From positions 128,001-192,000 of the forward strand of contig CP169074.1 of the NCBI GenBank assembly GCA_041891055.1: a DNA stretch of 64,000 nt, written 5' to 3'. Shown here in pieces: positions 60,029-64,000 of this stretch. The position numbers were made by a program, and so were the translations under genes. The DNA is from Halorutilales archaeon Cl-col2-1. GTDB lineage: Archaea; Halobacteriota; Halobacteria; Halobacteriales; Afararchaeaceae. Each line of letters opens with the position of its first letter. Positions within the stretch are counted from its first letter, which is position 1. The notes below the pieces were generated by a model. The model was not told the origin of the DNA and made no database searches. It worked only from the letters and a program-made list of their open reading frames with translations.

Positions 60029-61785
60029 TGAGAGAGGAAGTCAGGAAGGTCACCCTCGGTGACGAGGACGCAGACCTTGTACTCAGAGGCGGCACCGTAG
60101 TCTCGACGCCTGACAGGGAGACACGAGAAGTCGACGTCGCGGTCAAGAACGGACGTGTAGCTTCTCTCAGAGACGACGCGACCGACGTCGTAGGCGATGA
60201 GACCGAGGTCATCGATGTCTCGGGTAAGTACGTCTCCCCGGGCTTCATAGACGTACACACACATCTCGATCTCCACCAGAACGTCGAGAAGTCGTACCAC
60301 AGAGCCTTAGAGGGCGGCACTACCGCGGCTGTCTCCGAGGTCGCCGCTCTGGGTCCGACCTTCGGCTCTGAGGGGGTCGAGGAGTTCCTGAAGGCGACCT
60401 CAGGAATAGAGTTCGACGTCTACGCGACTGTGCCGCCACAGCCTCTCTTCGACGCATTCGAGCCGCGGCGTGCCGACAACGACGAGGCTGAGAGACTCGT
60501 CGATCTTCTCTCACATCCGCGTGTCGTGGGGGTCGGAGAGACGTCTTGGATACGCTTAGTCGGACGTGACACGCCCGCCGAGATCCTCTATGAAGCCGCG
60601 AAAGAAGAACGAAAACGCGTCACGGGACACGGAGCCGGCTGTTCCGACGAGAACTACGAGGCGTTCGCGTCGGTCATAGACGACGACCACGAGGCTATCT
60701 CGGGAGACGGACTCCTCGAACGCGTCGAGAACGGCGTCCACGCTGTCGGACGGTACGGCTCTATACGTGACGACATCCGCGCCGTCGGGGACGCCTACGA
60801 CGAGGTCGGCTTCAGCCCCGAGATATCGCTCTCGACCGACGGGATGTGGCCTCGGGAGCTAGTCGACGAGGGCTACATGGACGTCGTCGTGAGGAAGGCG
60901 ATAGAAGAAGGGGTCGATCCCATAGACGCGGTAAGTATGGCGACGTATGTCCCCGCGCGTTACTACGGTCTCGAAGACGTTGGAAGTCTGACCCCCGGAA
61001 AGACTGCGAATATCGCGGTTCTCGACAGCCTTGAGGAGGTCGAAGTATCGACAGTTCTCTACGAGGGCGAGGTGGTATACGACTCCGAGTCAGGGAAGGC
61101 TCCGTCCCCGGAAGACGGAGACAGAGAAGGACACGACTACCCCGACCGCTTCTACGACTACATAGACGTCACGACCGACGTAGACGACCTGAGAGTCGAC
61201 TCGGATGTCGCTGTCGACGGAGAGGTACGTGGAATAGAGTACTCGGGAGGTCTCCTGTCGGGAGAGACGGCTGTCGAGCCGCGCGAGGAAGACGGCGAGT
61301 TACTCTCCGATCCCGAGAACGATGTTCTCAAGATATCTCTCTTAGACAGACATCCCGACTCCGACGGCACCGGATTCACGGGGTTTGTCACGGGATTCGG
61401 CATAGATGAGGGGGCGGTCGCGACTACACTCACGTGGGAGACGCCGGGCGTCCTAGCCGTAGGAGCCGACGACGATGAGACCGTGAGGGCGGTCGAGAGG
61501 ATAAACGAGATCAACGGAGGCTGGGCAGTCGTACGTGACGGCGAGGTGATCGCGGAGCTTCCGGCTAAGCTGGGAGGGGTCTGTTCCGACATGAGGGTTG
61601 AGGAGACCGCGAGACTTTACGACGAGGTTGAGGACGCGATAGAGTGCCTCGGTAGCGATGTCGACCGTCCTATGCTCGGACTCCAGACGCTCGCCTTCTT
61701 CGGGGTTCCGTCTCTCAAGATGTCTTTCTCGGGATACGCAGACGTCCTATCGCGTGAGGTCGTGGGTCTCAATCTCGACGGGTAG
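60025..61785 (+). CDS. Adenine deaminase-family amidohydrolase
   Basis: PGFIDVHTH, GHGAG, DDHE, STDG, GSLTPGKTANI; C-terminal adenine deaminase domain. Confidence 0.85.
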   Translation: MMREEVRKVTLGDEDADLVLRGGTVVSTPDRETREVDVAVKNGRVASLRDDATDVVGDETEVIDVSGKYVSPGFIDVHTHLDLHQNVEKSYHRALEGGTTAAVSEVAALGPTFGSEGVEEFLKATSGIEFDVYATVPPQPLFDAFEPRRADNDEAERLVDLLSHPRVVGVGETSWIRLVGRDTPAEILYEAAKEERKRVTGHGAGCSDENYEAFASVIDDDHEAISGDGLLERVENGVHAVGRYGSIRDDIRAVGDAYDEVGFSPEISLSTDGMWPRELVDEGYMDVVVRKAIEEGVDPIDAVSMATYVPARYYGLEDVGSLTPGKTANIAVLDSLEEVEVSTVLYEGEVVYDSESGKAPSPEDGDREGHDYPDRFYDYIDVTTDVDDLRVDSDVAVDGEVRGIEYSGGLLSGETAVEPREEDGELLSDPENDVLKISLLDRHPDSDGTGFTGFVTGFGIDEGAVATTLTWETPGVLAVGADDDETVRAVERINEINGGWAVVRDGEVIAELPAKLGGVCSDMRVEETARLYDEVEDAIECLGSDVDRPMLGLQTLAFFGVPSLKMSFSGYADVLSREVVGLNLDG

Positions 61786-61856
61786 AGTAACACTCCGAAA
61801 CGTCGGCTTCCTGATATGTAAGCTTAAGAGTACCGAGGAACTAACCAAGCTAAGTA

Positions 61857-62327
61857 ATGAAGCCCAAGAAGGTTCTCACGGTTGCAGTCCTCGTTCTGGG
61901 CATCTCAGTTGCCTACTACTCGATGAACGCGGCTCCGGTAGCGAGCGACCAGACCTACTCTTACCATGGGGGTACAGCGTGGCACTCTAACTACACCGAA
62001 GCTACACAGATAGCACAGGAGGAAGACAAGCCGATGTTACTCTACTTCTGGGCTACGTGGTGTACCTACTGTGAGGACTACAACCAGAAGGTGTATACCG
62101 ACGAGGAGGTGCGTGATGAACTCGACGACTACGTCTTAGTGGGGGTCAACATGGACAGGAACGATGAGGTCACGGAACGTCTCAAACGTGAGTACGACGC
62201 CAACTACCCGCCACAGCACGTCGTACTGAGTCCCGAGGGCGAGGTCGTGAGGGAGATAAACGGATACGCCGACAAGGAGACATTCCTGAATATACTCGAA
62301 GCCTCACAGGCGAAGGGGGGTGTCTGA
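61857..62327 (+). CDS. Exported thioredoxin-like protein
   Basis: N-terminal signal/TM; FWATWCTYC; directly upstream of ccmF. Confidence 0.85.
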   Translation: MKPKKVLTVAVLVLGISVAYYSMNAAPVASDQTYSYHGGTAWHSNYTEATQIAQEEDKPMLLYFWATWCTYCEDYNQKVYTDEEVRDELDDYVLVGVNMDRNDEVTERLKREYDANYPPQHVVLSPEGEVVREINGYADKETFLNILEASQAKGGV

Positions 62328-62328
62328 T

Positions 62329-64000
62329 ATGGAGACAGGGAACATACTCATAATCGCGTCCGCAGTCGCGGGTCTTGTGGCGACTCTCCTCCTCGTCTAT
62401 GACTACGTGCGTGATACCGACAGGTTCACACGTGCCGTCTCGGCTCTGATACCCGTGGCGTCGCTGGGTCTAGTCTCGTCTCTCGTCTACCTCACCTACC
62501 AGTTCGTAGTCGGAGACTACACCAACGCCTACGTATTCGAGAACTCCGCCGACTACCTGCCACTTCTCTACAAGATCACGGGAGTATACGCGTCGAACCA
62601 GGGATCTGTTCTCCTCTGGGGTGCTATCGCGTCGGTCGTAGCCGTCTGGGCACTCATCACACGTGGTCTACAGGGCAAACACAACAAGCTCGTACAGGCT
62701 ATCTCGGTCGGAATCGTGACCTACTTCGCGGGAATGCTCCTCACCGAGAGTCCGTTCTCACCCATATCCGAGGAGTTCCCCGACGCGCCTCAGGGCTTCG
62801 TTCCGCCTGACGGCAACGGTCTCAATCCTCTACTCATAGACCCGTTCATGGCTATACATCCTCCCCTGATGTTCATAGCCTACTCACTCCTCATAGTACC
62901 ATTCGGCATAGGGACGACACATTTCATCTCGAAGCTGAGGGGCGAGGAAGGTATCTTCGACGACTGGATGGGAAGCGTGATGAGATGGCTACGTGTGTCG
63001 TGGCTCTTTCTCACAGTAGCTATAGCCCTCGGAGGCGTCTGGTCGTACCGCGTACTCGGATGGGGTGGCTTCTGGGCATGGGATCCAGTCGAGACGGCTA
63101 TACTCGTGCCGTGGCTCTTCCTGACCGCGTCGGTACATTCGGTGACTAACTACCGAGGCGGGACGGAGTACAGCATTCTCGCACCTGCGTCGATAGCCGT
63201 CGGCTTCCCTCTCACGGTCTACACCACATCCGTCGTGAGAAGCGACGTCTTCAGGAGCGTCCACTCGTTCGCGTCGGGTGGCATAGGAACGTCGATCCTT
63301 ATCCTACTCGGTATCAGCACCTTCCTCGGAGTCGTCCTACCCGCTGGATACTGGTTCATGAAGGATGGCGAGCCGAACGGTGGCGGGGAAACAGGATGGA
63401 TAACCAGGTCGAACCTCCTCCATGCGGGTGTTCTCCTACTCGGACTCCTGACTTTCGTCTCTTTCTGGGGACTCTCATTTCCTCTGATAAGGAACACAGC
63501 AACCGGAGTCGAGGTCAGCGTTGAGAACAACTACTACAATCTCTGGAGCTACCCTCTCGTCGTAGCCACGGTTCTGTTATCGGGTTTCTACATGGACTAC
63601 GACGTCGAAGGGAAGAAGAAGAGCCTGATGGGTCTGGGTCTCTTCTCGGTCGCCACGGTCGCCGCGGCGTTTATATCGCCGTCGGCGGAGTGGCACCTAG
63701 CTGAGACCGCCGCGAGCGACCAGATAGCCTACCGCGTGATAGGCAGTGTGAGCGTCCTCTCAGCCGTGCCTCCCGCGGTCTACCTCTCGATGTCGGTCGT
63801 CAAACGTCTCTACTCAAGAGTCTCGACGTCGGCGGGACGTAACCGGAAGCTCAAGGAGACGGGGATTACGGTGATACATGTCGGAGTCGCAGTTCTCCTC
63901 GTCTCTATCTCTTTCACGTATCTCTTCACAGTCCAGTCGTCGGTTATAGTAGACGATGTTAACAACGTCGGGGATGAAGGAGAGATGTACAACGTCCCCG
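62329..64000 (+). CDS. ccmF: Cytochrome c heme lyase CcmF (runs off the window end; not in the ORF track)
   Basis: Hand translation: QGSVLLW, DGNGLNPLL, MAIHPP, LGWGGFWAWDPVE (WWD motif), SVHSFA. Confidence 0.9.
   Translation, partial: METGNILIIASAVAGLVATLLLVYDYVRDTDRFTRAVSALIPVASLGLVSSLVYLTYQFVVGDYTNAYVFENSADYLPLLYKITGVYASNQGSVLLWGAIASVVAVWALITRGLQGKHNKLVQAISVGIVTYFAGMLLTESPFSPISEEFPDAPQGFVPPDGNGLNPLLIDPFMAIHPPLMFIAYSLLIVPFGIGTTHFISKLRGEEGIFDDWMGSVMRWLRVSWLFLTVAIALGGVWSYRVLGWGGFWAWDPVETAILVPWLFLTASVHSVTNYRGGTEYSILAPASIAVGFPLTVYTTSVVRSDVFRSVHSFASGGIGTSILILLGISTFLGVVLPAGYWFMKDGEPNGGGETGWITRSNLLHAGVLLLGLLTFVSFWGLSFPLIRNTATGVEVSVENNYYNLWSYPLVVATVLLSGFYMDYDVEGKKKSLMGLGLFSVATVAAAFISPSAEWHLAETAASDQIAYRVIGSVSVLSAVPPAVYLSMSVVKRLYSRVSTSAGRNRKLKETGITVIHVGVAVLLVSISFTYLFTVQSSVIVDDVNNVGDEGEMYNVP

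Overview
A GC-rich archaeal chromosomal segment with a strongly acidic proteome, typical of an extreme halophile. It is Halobacteria-like, and the pyrD+pyrK pair hints at a deep-branching lineage. It is mostly housekeeping: glnA (5'-truncated by the window), hisG, tpiA, aMBF1, sepF, lsm-rpl37e-purF, trpS, a leuA-ilvBNC-leuCD cluster, msrA, a B12-dependent acyl-CoA mutase, TFB, hef, proCBA, pheST, pyrDK, hjc, a SAMP, a cobinamide-salvage operon, lonB, pelota, ilvD, argS, adenine deaminase and ccmF (3'-truncated). It also has tRNA-Leu(GAG), tRNA-Pro(CGG) and two tnpB-only IS200/IS605 elements. Most notable signals: (1) leuA has no ATG/GTG/TTG start upstream of its conserved DTTLRDGEQ motif. It sits behind a structured leader with a leaderless overlapping uORF, an in-frame mini-ORF, mutually exclusive helices and a TTT-TTG(Leu) slippery site, suggesting recoding or attenuation control. 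(2) The proline operon has a leaderless Pro-containing uORF. (3) A family of ~50-bp double-hairpin micro-insertions occurs in-frame in tnpB, inside an IS end and next to a tRNA 3' end. Also noted: an isobutyryl-CoA-mutase-type active site, a SAMP ending in GG-V, and a decayed iron ABC operon. All calls were made by eye from motifs; no database searches were run.
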